Position numbers and translations under genes: made by a program. The notes under the pieces were generated by a model. It was not told where the DNA came from. It saw nothing but the letters and a program-made list of their open reading frames with translations, and did no database searches. From Candidatus Latescibacterota bacterium (GTDB lineage Bacteria; Latescibacterota; UBA2968; GCA-2709665): a stretch of 64,000 bases of DNA. Positions 46,986-56,937 of this stretch are shown here, one piece after another. How positions within the stretch are numbered: the first letter of the stretch is position 1; each line of letters begins with the position of its first letter. The DNA lies in contig OZ250150.1 in assembly GCA_965237675.1 (NCBI GenBank), forward strand, positions 836,339-900,338, read 5' to 3'.

Positions 46986-47363
46986 TCAGCGAATTCTCTT
47001 AGGTAGTTGCACAGGCCCTTGCCCTGGTTCAACCACTTTTTCTTTCTCAAGACATTCTGACTCATTTACCTTGCGCCATTCTTTAATGAACATACTTGTG
47101 TATTTATCGACCATGCGTAGGATAAATTTATTTCTTCGCCCATGCACACCAACAACGCCTATTCGCCAAGTGACGGCATATTCCTTCATCCCGGAGTAGT
47201 TATCCAACACAATTTTCCGTAATTCAATTCCAATGCTGAAAGCGGTTTTGGATGTATTGACCTGGACGTATAGGATAGGGTGTATGTCCTCTGTTTCACT
47301 AACCACAAATTTTCTGGGCACATAGTCTGAATAATTCACAAAAAAGGTAGTTTCCATACCCAA
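46986..47363 (-). CDS. Hypothetical 125-aa protein
   Basis: AT-rich clean ORF abutting the left end of the IS1380-family element. Confidence 0.4.
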   Translation of the reverse strand: MGMETTFFVNYSDYVPRKFVVSETEDIHPILYVQVNTSKTAFSIGIELRKIVLDNYSGMKEYAVTWRIGVVGVHGRRNKFILRMVDKYTSMFIKEWRKVNESECLEKEKVVEPGQGPVQLPKRIR

Positions 47364-47371
47364 GTCATTGT

Positions 47372-49020
47372 ATTATATTATGGTTAGACGAATAACCTTA
47401 ACACAATGAATCGGGAGGAAACTACCGTGGAGATTCAAGATAAACATCACAGGGTGTCTTTCGCAAGTCTTTTGGGCAAACAGGTAGAAGCCGCGTTCGA
47501 TGGGGGTATCCTGACCAGCGACAGCGGGGTGATGCTGATACGGGAGGTGGAGGCCAAGATCGGCATTTTGCGGCGGATCATTGAGGCCTTAACGGATCCT
47601 CGGCATCCCAGTTATGTGGATCACTCATTGGCGGACCTGGTCAGTCAGCGTGTTTTTCAGATGGCGTGTGGGTATGAGGATGCGAACGATTGCAATGCGT
47701 TGCGCACGGACCCGGGCTTCAAGGCGGCCTGTGATCGGTTGCCGTCCACCGGTGCGGCGCTGGCCAGTCAACCCACGATGAGTCGGTTCGAGAACCGGAT
47801 CAACAGAGGCGACCTATATCGGATCGCGAAGGCCTTTGCCGACGGGTTTATCGCCTCGTATAAGAAACCGCCCAAAGCCATCCTGCTGGATATCGACGAT
47901 ACGGAAGATAAGGTGTATGGTTCTGGGCAGTTGTCGTTATTCAATGCGTATTTTAAGAGTCATTGCTACCAGCCGTTGCATATCTATGAAGGGCAAACCG
48001 GCAAGTTGATCACGACGGTTTTGCGTCCTGGCGCGCGGCCTTCGGGCAAACAGATCGTTTCGATTCTCAAACGGGTGATCGCCTACCTGCGTCGCGCCTG
48101 GCCCCATGTGGCGATCCTGTTGCGTGGCGATTCTCATTTTTCGTGTCCGGAAGTACACGCGTTGTGTGACACACAGAATGTGTATTTTGCCCTTGGACAA
48201 AGCGGCAATGCCAAGTTGCTGCCCAGGGCACAGCCCTTGATGGACCAGGCCAAAGCGCTGTATGCCGCTTCCGGCAAAACCGTACGCCTATATAACGCGT
48301 GGAACTATCAGGCCAGCACCTGGGCTTCGCCACGCCGCATCATCTGTAAGGCGGAAGTGACACCGCAAGGACACAATATCCGTTTCGTGGCCACCAACCT
48401 GAAACGCGCCAAACCTTCATTCATCTACAAAACCGTCTATTGTGGACGCGGCAGGATGGAAGGCTTCATCAAGAATCACAAGACCTTTCTCCATTCTGAT
48501 CGTACCTCTTGTCACACCTTCGAGGCCAATCACTTCCGGCTCTTTCTCCACAGCGCCGCCTATGTCCTGTTGCAGACCTTGGCTGAAATTGGATTGCGCG
48601 GCACCACGTGGACGAACGCCCAGGTTAATACGTTGCAAAATCGCCTCTTGAAGGTCGCCGGACGCGTTTGTGAGATGAAAACCAAAATCACGTTCCATCT
48701 GCCAACGGCGTTTCCACTCAAACACCTCTATGGCAAGATCCTTTACAATCTGGCATCGTCCGTTCCATAACGCATCGTCCGGTTGCATCCGCCGTCACGT
48801 CTTGCTCGACACCACCAAAACCCAGGCACACGTCTGTGCTTTTGACCGGGGCATCAAGGTCAACCTGACTCCACCGCCCTACCGTGTTACCAGCAGGTGC
48901 CACTGAAGCGGCTCGAAAACACCAAATCCGTCACAGCCGGCTTTTCTTCCGTTTCTCAATTCACTCGGTAGCTGGTTCTGCTTCCTGAAACTGCAATCCG
49001 TGACGATTCATGAATTAATC
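47372..49020 (+). mobile_element. IS1380-family insertion sequence (about 1.65 kb)
   Basis: Contains the transposase ORF. The right terminus was defined by comparison with a second copy of the last ~110 bp at 61105-61215 (inverted). The left terminus was proposed from a weak match, TATTATATTATGGTTAGACG versus GATTAATTCATGAATCGTCACG. The size fits the IS1380 family. Confidence 0.55.
47406..48770 (+). CDS. IS1380-family DDE transposase
   Basis: 454 aa. FDGGILTSDSGVMLIREVEAKIGI...ACGYEDANDCN...LLDIDDTEDKVYG are typical IS1380 (DDE_Tnp_1-like) features. Confidence 0.85.
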   Translation: MNREETTVEIQDKHHRVSFASLLGKQVEAAFDGGILTSDSGVMLIREVEAKIGILRRIIEALTDPRHPSYVDHSLADLVSQRVFQMACGYEDANDCNALRTDPGFKAACDRLPSTGAALASQPTMSRFENRINRGDLYRIAKAFADGFIASYKKPPKAILLDIDDTEDKVYGSGQLSLFNAYFKSHCYQPLHIYEGQTGKLITTVLRPGARPSGKQIVSILKRVIAYLRRAWPHVAILLRGDSHFSCPEVHALCDTQNVYFALGQSGNAKLLPRAQPLMDQAKALYAASGKTVRLYNAWNYQASTWASPRRIICKAEVTPQGHNIRFVATNLKRAKPSFIYKTVYCGRGRMEGFIKNHKTFLHSDRTSCHTFEANHFRLFLHSAAYVLLQTLAEIGLRGTTWTNAQVNTLQNRLLKVAGRVCEMKTKITFHLPTAFPLKHLYGKILYNLASSVP

Positions 49021-49560
49021 GGGCAAGATACGTTCCCGGATACATTTGTGCCAATGTTTATCAGAATCCGAATGTGGGACACCTGGCGAAAAATCAGCCC
49101 ATAGACCGTGTTGAATGGTCGTTGTCGACCACAGCGTCCCGGCGGCAATCGCCTTCGTGCCCGAAAAATAGGTACCCGGGGCGGGATCGATGGGGGTTTG
49201 GAATGGAGTGAGGGAGGGGTTCTTCAACAGGTCGAGATTTATCCATGGCGCGGATCCGCATCCCAGAGCGTGGCCCATCTCGCGCAGAAAGACGGCATCA
49301 ATCAAGCTGCCCGAGTACACGCTCAGGTAGCCCGGGTCAGATTCGATTATGCATGCATACGTCAGCGAGAAAGGGTCCTGGCTTCGTATGTGCATCGTAC
49401 CTGTGATGCCGCTGAACTAGTTGCGCTGCCGGCTGAACCGGGATCCACAAGGATCTCAGTACCGATCACATGAAAGGAAGCGGCGGCCGTATTTCCGGAC
49501 AACGCCGTATACGTCAGCAGGTCCCTTTCTGGCTGCTGAACACGCCGCCTGCGGACACGT
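49021..49560 (-). pseudogene. Decayed zinc-metallopeptidase-like gene (frameshifted, HExxH changed to RExxH, 3' end cut by the IS)
   Basis: ORF 49362-49580 (..FHVIGTEILVDPGSAG..) and ORF 49015-49395 (..SLIDAVFLREMGHALG..) lie in different frames. The stop codon TAA 49015-49017 lies inside the IS terminus. Confidence 0.4.
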
Positions 49561-49597
49561 TCTCGACGGCACCGTCCCACCGTCCTCGAACACCTGA

Positions 49598-52500
49598 CTA
49601 AAGCTCGTTCACGACAATTTCATTGTCCGTGCCGCCAATAACCTCGTACTTCATCGGCGCATTCAATGCTCCACTTGCGTTCAGGGTGATCTTCCCCTGC
49701 CCCGAGGTTTGCACGCGGATTCCGATCCTGGCGGCCGTGATACTCCCGGTGTGGGTAATCGTGATATCCCCGCCCTGGCTCACCACGTCGATACCTATGC
49801 TGGGAGCTTCGGTGACGCCCTCAGGGGCGCCGATGTCGCCGCTGTTCCAGACCACGACGTCGCCTATACGGTAGACGTTCTTACAAACGATGTCCGGGTC
49901 CACCGGATCGCCTGCCGCCGTCTCACATCCCGGTCCAGGAACATCCCCACCCATCCCAGCAATTGATATTCCCGCCGAGTACGAAGATTCCGCATTCGTC
50001 GAGTACTTGTTCGTCGCCAAGATATTCCCGGTGTTGAATACCTTGATCTCGCCGCCGCGGTAATGCTCGGCGCGAATACCGTGGGCCGCCTCGCCGTCCG
50101 TGCTGATCGTACCGGTATTTTCCACATGAACGCCATCGTGCTCCGATGTGTCCGGGTAGTCTGGAATGTCGGGGTACGAAGTGTCATCGAGATCTCTGTC
50201 GTTATCGTATCCGTAAGCATATATGCCGTGGCTCCATTTTCCCTCCGTATCGATCGTCCCCTGGTTGATCGCGAAGACCCGGCCGGACATCGAACTCCTG
50301 GCGATGATTCCATATCCGTGGCGGTGTCTCCGTGTGTCGTCCGTGCGTGTCGTCGCCCTCGTGGTGATGGAGGCGTCACTGTAGTTCCTCGCGTAGACAT
50401 CGCCCGGCACGTTGCTGGTCCGGTCGGGGACGATCTCATCCAGGTTCCCGTGGCAACCGTTGTTCTCGAACGGCCACGGCGCGCAGTTCCCCGTGTGCAG
50501 GCCTATCGCGTACAGACCGTTGATTTCGATTGAGCCGAAGTTGAGACCCTGTGACGCTCCCCAGAGACTCTGAGCCGAGATCCCGCGCGCGCCCTCTCCT
50601 TCAATCCGGATCTGGCCTTCCGCATAGTTGACCAGTCGTGTGAGATGTCCGCTTCCAGTCTCGCACTTAAGACCGTCAACTCGCTTGTTGTAGGGACCGG
50701 TAGCAATGAGTTGGCCGCCGGGCATGTTGAACAACTCGACCTTGTGGCTGTAGTTCGAGAAGTCATGGGGCTCCGCCGCCTTGTTGAGGCCCCCGACCAC
50801 AAGACGATGGTTGGATTGAGCCAAGTCCGGCGCGGTGGTGAGGCCGTTCAGTGTGATTTCTCCGTCGTTCACGAGGAGTATGTTGGCGGGGGAGGCCTTC
50901 ATCACCGCGCGGATGCCGATGCCCGCGCTATCGAGAGTTACGGAGCCTTGGTTCAGGATCCAAAGGTTCCCGGTGTTGCCTTCCGTTGTGATGTTGGCCG
51001 CGACGCTTCCTCTTGCAGTTACCTCGGCGCTGTCGCCGATCGTGATCGCGTGGTACTCGGAACCCGCGTTCTTGTTGGTGATGTTGATCCCTGCAGTACC
51101 GGTTGCCGGCTCGAGCGTTCCGTCGTCGTATTCGACGTGGGTGCGGTTATGATCGCCGGGATCGAGCGTACTGGTGTGGTCGCCACTATAGGCGTGAGTC
51201 ACCGGTTGACCGAAGCGATGGTCCTCATCCGGAGCCGCCGTGAAGACCGGAGTCGAGGAAGGAACAATCGACGCGGGGAGGATCGTGCCGTAGACCTGAT
51301 CGGACCATGGGCCCTTCCCTTCGTCGTTCTCCGCCTGCACCTGAATCCGGCAGATCCTGCCCGAGCTCAAGCCGGTGATCGTGCGAGACCGGGTGGGACC
51401 GGTCTCGTGCCAATTGCTGAAGGCGCCGCTGGCGCCTTCCCTGTACTGCACGTAATAGTTCGTGATGTCGGGACCTTGGTTTTCTGGCGCATCCCAGCTC
51501 ACGGTCAGGCTGCTCTCCGTCTCGCCGCTCACCGTGGGCGGGTCGGGCTTGCCCGGCGGTTCGACGTCATCCTTCACGAGGACGACGACCGTCTTGGTGC
51601 CCGGCATTTCGCGGGTGCCGCTGCCGCCGGTCGCCTCCACCACCACGCTGTAGTCGTTGTTGCTCCCTGCATCCGCGGGAGTCTCAAAGTCGGGATCCTC
51701 CTTAAAACGCAGCTGGTTCGTGCTCGCGATCTCGAACAGGTCCCCGTCTGCGGCGCCGGTGACAGCGTATCCGGTAATGGCATCACCGGCATCGACGTCC
51801 TGGGCCACCATTAGTCCGGCGAACCGGGTGTTCTCGGTGACCTTGAAGGTGTCTTCAATGGTGAAAACCGGCGGCTCGTTCTCGTCCGTGACATTGACGG
51901 TAACGGTCTGCGCGGCGGTTAGTGCGCGACCGCCGGAACCGCCGGTGGCGGTGACCTCCACGACGTAGCTGTTGTTGCTTCCCGCGTCCACGGGACGCTC
52001 GAAGTCGGGGTCATCCCTGAACGTCAGCGCGCCGGTGTTGCTGATTTCGAGCCTGCTGCGGTCGCTGCCGCCGGTCAGGGTGTAGTCTGTGATGGCATCG
52101 CCCTGGTCCAGGTCGTCGGCACTGACCCTGCCGGCGAAGGACTGGTTCTCCGTCGCCTCGAGCGTCGGCTCGCCGGTGAACACGGGCGCCTCGTTCAGAT
52201 CGGTCAGATCGATGGACACGGGGATGCTGCCCTCGCCGCCGTGGCCGTCGGTGGCTTTGACATTGACCGAATAGCGCGACAAGGCCTCAAAGTCGTAGGT
52301 CCTGCCTGATCTGGTTTTAAGCTGACCGCTACGCGTGTCTATCGAGAAGGAGTCCGCGTGCGTGCCTTCAAGGGCGTACGTCAGCGGGGTCATCTCGGGG
52401 TCCGTGGCGCCCACCGGATCGCCTATGTCCTTCACGCCCGTGGTGTTCTCCGCCACGGTGCGTGTCGCGCCGAGCCCGTCAGTGAATGTTGGCAACTGAT

Positions 52501-55500
52501 TGGGATCGGTGCTTCCCGTGCCCGATTCCGACCAGTCGCTCGTGCCTTCTGGCGAGCGCGCCAGCACCTGCACCTGGTAGCTCGTACCCGGGGTGCGGCC
52601 CGTGATGGTTGCGGTGCGCTCCGCGCTGTTGTGCGTCCAGCCGCTGAAGCCGCCGCTGTCCCCTTCCCGGTACTGCACGTCGTAGTCGTTGATGTCGGGG
52701 CCGGTGTTTGCCGGCTCGTCCCACGTGACCTCCAGGCTGGTGGACGACGCCGCCGAGACGGAGGGCGCGTCGGGGGTGCCGGGCCTTTCCTGCTGGTCCG
52801 TCAGGTTGATCCTGACCGCAATCGTGTTGCTGCCGCCCTGCCCGTCTTCGACGCGTACGATGACGTCATAGCGGGGCTTTGCCTCAAAGTCATAGGTGAC
52901 TCCCGGTTGGGTCTCAAGCTGCGCGCCGTCCAGCGCGAACGCGGCCTGGTCCGTACCTTCCAGGTCGTAGGTGAGGGTTCCCCCGTCGATATCCCTCGCG
53001 GTTAAGGGGTTGCCGATATCATTTGTGCCCGTGGTATTCTCGGCCACCTCGCGCGTGGTGCTCGTGCCCTCGTTGAACGTCGGCGCCCGGTTGGCCACGG
53101 TCCTGGCATCGGCGGACTCGGACCAGTCGCTCTCCCCTTCGGGAGAGCGTGCCAGCACCTGCACCCGGTAGGGCGTGTCGGCCGTCAGGGAGGTGATGGT
53201 CGTGGTCGTCCCCGGCCCCGTGTGCGGCCAGTCGGTGAAGGCGCCGCCGTCCTCGCTGAACTGCACGTCGTAGTCGTTGATAGCAGGACCGGTGTTGGCA
53301 GGGGCCGTCCAGCGTATGGACAGGCTGTTCAGCGTCTGCGCCGTGACCGTGGGCTTGTCAGGCGCCTCCGGCGCTTCGCTGTCGTCGTCGGTCACGTCTA
53401 TGGTCACGGCAATGGTCGCCCGCCCGCCCTGCTCGTCCTGCGCTTCCACCGTCACGGAGTAGCGGTCCTTCGTCTCGAAGTCGTAGGTGGCGTCCGCCGA
53501 TGTTCGCAGTTGACCCGTATTCTCATCGACGTCAAAACTCTCCATGTCGCCGCGGGTGAGGCTGTACGTCACCGCGGTGTTCTCCGGGTCGTCCGCCCGC
53601 AGCGGGACGCCCAGGTTCTGCACACCGGTCGTATTCTCCGTCACCTCACGCGTCGTGCTCCGTCCCTCGTCGAACACCGGCGAAAGGTTGGAACTGGTCG
53701 TCCCGAAGCCTGATCCAGACCACCCGCCCTCGCCTTCGTCGTTGTGTGCGCGCACCTGCACCTCGTAGCGGGTGTTGACGTCGAGTTCGATGATCGTCGC
53801 ACTCGTGCCCGGCCCATCGTGGGTATGGGGGAGGAAGTTGCCGCTCTTCCGGTATTGCACGTCGTAGTCGGTGATATCCGGACCCGTGTTGTCCGGCGCG
53901 TCCCACGTGACCGTCAGGCTGGTCGTCGACGCCGGCTGCACCTGCGGCGCTGCGGGAATCTCCGGCGGCTCGTCCACGTCGGCCACGTGGATGGTCACGC
54001 CGATCGTGGCCGATTCGCCGTAGGGGTCGCTGGCGTCCAGTTCAACGGAATACCTGTCGTTATCCTCGAAGTCGTACGTGATGCCCGACAACGTGCGCAG
54101 TTGGCCACTCCCGGTGGCCACCGAAAAGCTGGCGGAGTCCGGCCCCGAGAGTCGGTACGTCACCCGGTGTCCGTCCGGATCCGTGGCGTTGACCGGATGC
54201 TGAATGGGACGGTGCGCGGGCGTGTTCTCCGCCAGGGTGCGCGACGTGCTGTGCCCGTCGTCGAAGGTCGGCGGCCGGTTGTTCTGTGGCGGCGGAGGCG
54301 GTGGCAATGCTGTCGTTACGTCGACGGCAAAGGTCGTCTGTGCGCTTTTGCCCTGTACATCGCTGGCAGTGGCGGTGATGGTCGCGCGCCCCGCGGCCAC
54401 GCCGCGCACCGTCGCCATCGTATCCGCCACGGTGACCGTGGCAACCCCCTCGTCGGACGACGTCGCGTCATACGTCAACGCCCCAAGTGCCGGCCGCGTG
54501 AACAGGCTGGCCAGGTTCACGGGAAGGTCGCGGTCGACGACCACCGTCAGGTCGCCGATCACGCCCAGGGGCCGCGGACCCACCGTGGGCGCGCCGGCAA
54601 CGGTCTCCGACCAGGGGCTCGCGCCCTCCTCGTTCACCGTGCGCACGCGCACCTGATACGCCCGCTCGTTGTCCAGACCCGCAATCGTCACGCTGGTGTC
54701 CGTGCGGCCTACCACAAGCAGCCCCTCCCGCCATTCTTGGGCTTCTGCCGGGTTGTGCCCCACCTCGTACCCGCTCACGGGAGGCTTGCCAGCCTCGTCC
54801 ATCGCCGCAAACCAAGTCACGGCGAGCGCCGTGTCGCGGGAGGCCACCCGAACGCTGTCAGGCGCCGCCGAAGGGGGCTCGTCCACGTCCGATACGGTGA
54901 TGCCCACCACAACCGTGGCGCGGCCCCCCTGCCCGTCGCTGGCGCGTACCGTCACGGAATAGGTGTCCCTGGCCTCGTGGTCGTACGCAGTTCCCTCCCT
55001 TGTGAGAAGCTGACCCGTGCCCGGTTCAATCGCAAAGCTGTCCGAGTGCACGCCCCGCAGGCCGTAGGTCAGGGAATTGCCGTCGGCGTCCGTGGCCGTG
55101 ACGGGGGCCCCGATGGGCTGTCCAGATGGCGTGTTTTCTTCCATGGTACGCGTCAACGGAGGTGTGGCGTCGAAAGCGGGAGCGCGATTGGGATTTTTGC
55201 CGAAGTTGCTGGCGAAGACCAGAAAATCGTCGAAGCCGATGCCGCCGTCCTGGGTCAGATCGTACGCCGCCACGTACTTCCCGTCTCCGCGCTGCGACCC
55301 GAAGACGCCGGCGAACGCCACAAAGTCGGAGAAGCCCACCACGCCGTCGCCGTCGAAGTCCGGAGAAGGCGGCGCGGCAACCTGCAGCGCCACGCCGGCC
55401 GCTGGCGAGATCGTCTCGGTCTGCCCGCCCCGCGTAAGCTCGGCGTGCTCCAGCCACACCTCCGTGTCCGAAAACGATGGCGTGGTGCGCAATCGCAGCG

Positions 55501-55897
55501 TGCCCACAAGCCCGGTGTTCACCGATGCGGAGCCGCTCGACCACGACACACCGATACGGACCGACGTGGTATCCGGCTGTGTAACGGTGTGCGCGTTCGG
55601 CAGTGCCGCGCCCGGATCGAAGCCCTCGTATAGGACCTGGGATGCGTCGAAACGCAAGCGCGCGGAAATGCCGGTGGCATTCTGAATATCCTTGCCGAAG
55701 ATCTGTATGGCGAAAAGCTGATCGGGAAGGAGGTCGAGCGAGGACACGGCCTGGTCGCCTGCGGCATCGTCCAGGTCCAGGGTGAGGGAAAACCCGACAG
55801 GTTGCGTCGACGGCGACCACGGATGCACAAGCAACAACAGGTAGAGCAGGCTGGAAAAACCAAGCGCAACGGAGGCTGATTTCAGTTGGGGTTTCAC
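49598..55897 (-). CDS. Giant secreted surface protein (2099 aa): signal peptide, cohesin-like, dockerin-like, Ig-like, alternating cadherin-like/FN3 modules, C-terminal beta-helix-like repeat region
   Basis: N-terminal signal MKPQLKSASVALGFSSLLYLLLLV. DFDGDGVVGFSDFVAFAGVFG and DLTQDGGIGFDDFLVFASNFG (dockerin-like pair). Repeated ENT.G..IG.P..A.D.D...LTY.L cadherin-like units, each followed by P..P..P.V...S.TSL.V.W..P.NTGP.I..Y.VQYR FN3 units. The last ~600 aa carry reiterated x-G-I-x-A / N-x-G-x-I segments. Confidence 0.85.
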   Translation of the reverse strand: MKPQLKSASVALGFSSLLYLLLLVHPWSPSTQPVGFSLTLDLDDAAGDQAVSSLDLLPDQLFAIQIFGKDIQNATGISARLRFDASQVLYEGFDPGAALPNAHTVTQPDTTSVRIGVSWSSGSASVNTGLVGTLRLRTTPSFSDTEVWLEHAELTRGGQTETISPAAGVALQVAAPPSPDFDGDGVVGFSDFVAFAGVFGSQRGDGKYVAAYDLTQDGGIGFDDFLVFASNFGKNPNRAPAFDATPPLTRTMEENTPSGQPIGAPVTATDADGNSLTYGLRGVHSDSFAIEPGTGQLLTREGTAYDHEARDTYSVTVRASDGQGGRATVVVGITVSDVDEPPSAAPDSVRVASRDTALAVTWFAAMDEAGKPPVSGYEVGHNPAEAQEWREGLLVVGRTDTSVTIAGLDNERAYQVRVRTVNEEGASPWSETVAGAPTVGPRPLGVIGDLTVVVDRDLPVNLASLFTRPALGALTYDATSSDEGVATVTVADTMATVRGVAAGRATITATASDVQGKSAQTTFAVDVTTALPPPPPPQNNRPPTFDDGHSTSRTLAENTPAHRPIQHPVNATDPDGHRVTYRLSGPDSASFSVATGSGQLRTLSGITYDFEDNDRYSVELDASDPYGESATIGVTIHVADVDEPPEIPAAPQVQPASTTSLTVTWDAPDNTGPDITDYDVQYRKSGNFLPHTHDGPGTSATIIELDVNTRYEVQVRAHNDEGEGGWSGSGFGTTSSNLSPVFDEGRSTTREVTENTTGVQNLGVPLRADDPENTAVTYSLTRGDMESFDVDENTGQLRTSADATYDFETKDRYSVTVEAQDEQGGRATIAVTIDVTDDDSEAPEAPDKPTVTAQTLNSLSIRWTAPANTGPAINDYDVQFSEDGGAFTDWPHTGPGTTTTITSLTADTPYRVQVLARSPEGESDWSESADARTVANRAPTFNEGTSTTREVAENTTGTNDIGNPLTARDIDGGTLTYDLEGTDQAAFALDGAQLETQPGVTYDFEAKPRYDVIVRVEDGQGGSNTIAVRINLTDQQERPGTPDAPSVSAASSTSLEVTWDEPANTGPDINDYDVQYREGDSGGFSGWTHNSAERTATITGRTPGTSYQVQVLARSPEGTSDWSESGTGSTDPNQLPTFTDGLGATRTVAENTTGVKDIGDPVGATDPEMTPLTYALEGTHADSFSIDTRSGQLKTRSGRTYDFEALSRYSVNVKATDGHGGEGSIPVSIDLTDLNEAPVFTGEPTLEATENQSFAGRVSADDLDQGDAITDYTLTGGSDRSRLEISNTGALTFRDDPDFERPVDAGSNNSYVVEVTATGGSGGRALTAAQTVTVNVTDENEPPVFTIEDTFKVTENTRFAGLMVAQDVDAGDAITGYAVTGAADGDLFEIASTNQLRFKEDPDFETPADAGSNNDYSVVVEATGGSGTREMPGTKTVVVLVKDDVEPPGKPDPPTVSGETESSLTVSWDAPENQGPDITNYYVQYREGASGAFSNWHETGPTRSRTITGLSSGRICRIQVQAENDEGKGPWSDQVYGTILPASIVPSSTPVFTAAPDEDHRFGQPVTHAYSGDHTSTLDPGDHNRTHVEYDDGTLEPATGTAGINITNKNAGSEYHAITIGDSAEVTARGSVAANITTEGNTGNLWILNQGSVTLDSAGIGIRAVMKASPANILLVNDGEITLNGLTTAPDLAQSNHRLVVGGLNKAAEPHDFSNYSHKVELFNMPGGQLIATGPYNKRVDGLKCETGSGHLTRLVNYAEGQIRIEGEGARGISAQSLWGASQGLNFGSIEINGLYAIGLHTGNCAPWPFENNGCHGNLDEIVPDRTSNVPGDVYARNYSDASITTRATTRTDDTRRHRHGYGIIARSSMSGRVFAINQGTIDTEGKWSHGIYAYGYDNDRDLDDTSYPDIPDYPDTSEHDGVHVENTGTISTDGEAAHGIRAEHYRGGEIKVFNTGNILATNKYSTNAESSYSAGISIAGMGGDVPGPGCETAAGDPVDPDIVCKNVYRIGDVVVWNSGDIGAPEGVTEAPSIGIDVVSQGGDITITHTGSITAARIGIRVQTSGQGKITLNASGALNAPMKYEVIGGTDNEIVVNEL

Positions 55898-56465
55898 GGT
55901 GCCATTTCGCGTTGGAATTCAGATAGGCTGCAGCTGCAAAACGCTACAGCTGTAGAATTTTCCAATATAATACAATGGGGCGTGAAATATCCGAAAAAAA
56001 ATCGATTGGTAGAGGGTACCCCGGGTGGCATTTACCCGGATCGGTGGGATGCGGCGCGGCAGAGCCTGACGCCGTTGCCGGGTTGACGGATGATTGCGGC
56101 GGCGGCGAAACATGTCACCCTGAGGAGGCTGAGAGGCTGGCGAAGTGTCCGCGCGAATTCGTCATTGATAGCTTCGATCACGCGGACATCCGAAGCGGCG
56201 GGAGATTCTTCGAATTCGCTTAGAATGACATGTTATCCAATGACAATCACGGTAATGTATCCGCCACTCGTTGCCCCGGCTGTCATGCTGCGGAAGCGTC
56301 CGTGCGATTTTTTTACCGAGGGTTTCATTCATATCGTAGTGTTACAGTTTTCGTTACGGTTAAGCATAGCGAAGTCTCGGCAGACGAGGTATTGAATTTT
56401 CGGAATGACGTCGAAAATCCAAGAGTGTGTTTTAGATATTCATGTATAATCGAATATCAAATTTA

Positions 56466-56497
56466 GATTTGATCGGCGATCAAACCTGTTTTTTTCG
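56466..56497 (+). terminator. Weak hairpin plus T7 run in a gene-poor spacer
   Basis: TTTGATCG-G-CGATCAAA, then CCTGTTTTTTT. No convincing upstream gene. Confidence 0.3.
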
Positions 56498-56937
56498 AGT
56501 CCCCGCCATACCCCGGACCGTATCCTGATCCTGCCCTGGCGGGATTTCCTGGAACGGCTCTGGAGCGGCGCGATCGTCCCGGCGGCATAGTCTAACCTTG
56601 ATTCGTAAGTTTTCGTGGACGTTAATTCGAATATGTGCTAGTTAATAAAGGCGATTAGACGGCGGATTACCAGGATACACCAAGTCACTGGACGTGAACG
56701 GAAAAATGTCCTTCCGGACGACCTCAATACCCCGTTTTGCACCGGTACCTTCTGTGCCTTTTGTGCTTTTTGTGGCCAATTTGACTGTTGTCTTTTTTCG
56801 AATTGAGGCTAAGTTCCGCGCGATCCCGCGTTTGCACTTTTTCCCGTTACCCCTCTCCATGTTTTCCCACCGCCGCTTTTTCGTTTTCCGATCACCCGGT
56901 CCCGCGTCTCTCGCCTCCCCTGCCGGTTGGGTGTATA

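Noticed and set aside
56090-56466. ORFs 56090-56395 and 56230-56466 (+), and a possible 49-aa GTG-initiated minus-strand ORF at 56090-56240, in the 1-kb spacer upstream of the giant gene.
   Set aside because: There are no RBS, no motifs and odd composition. The weak terminator at 56466-56497 hints at a transcript, but I cannot support a gene or a specific ncRNA.
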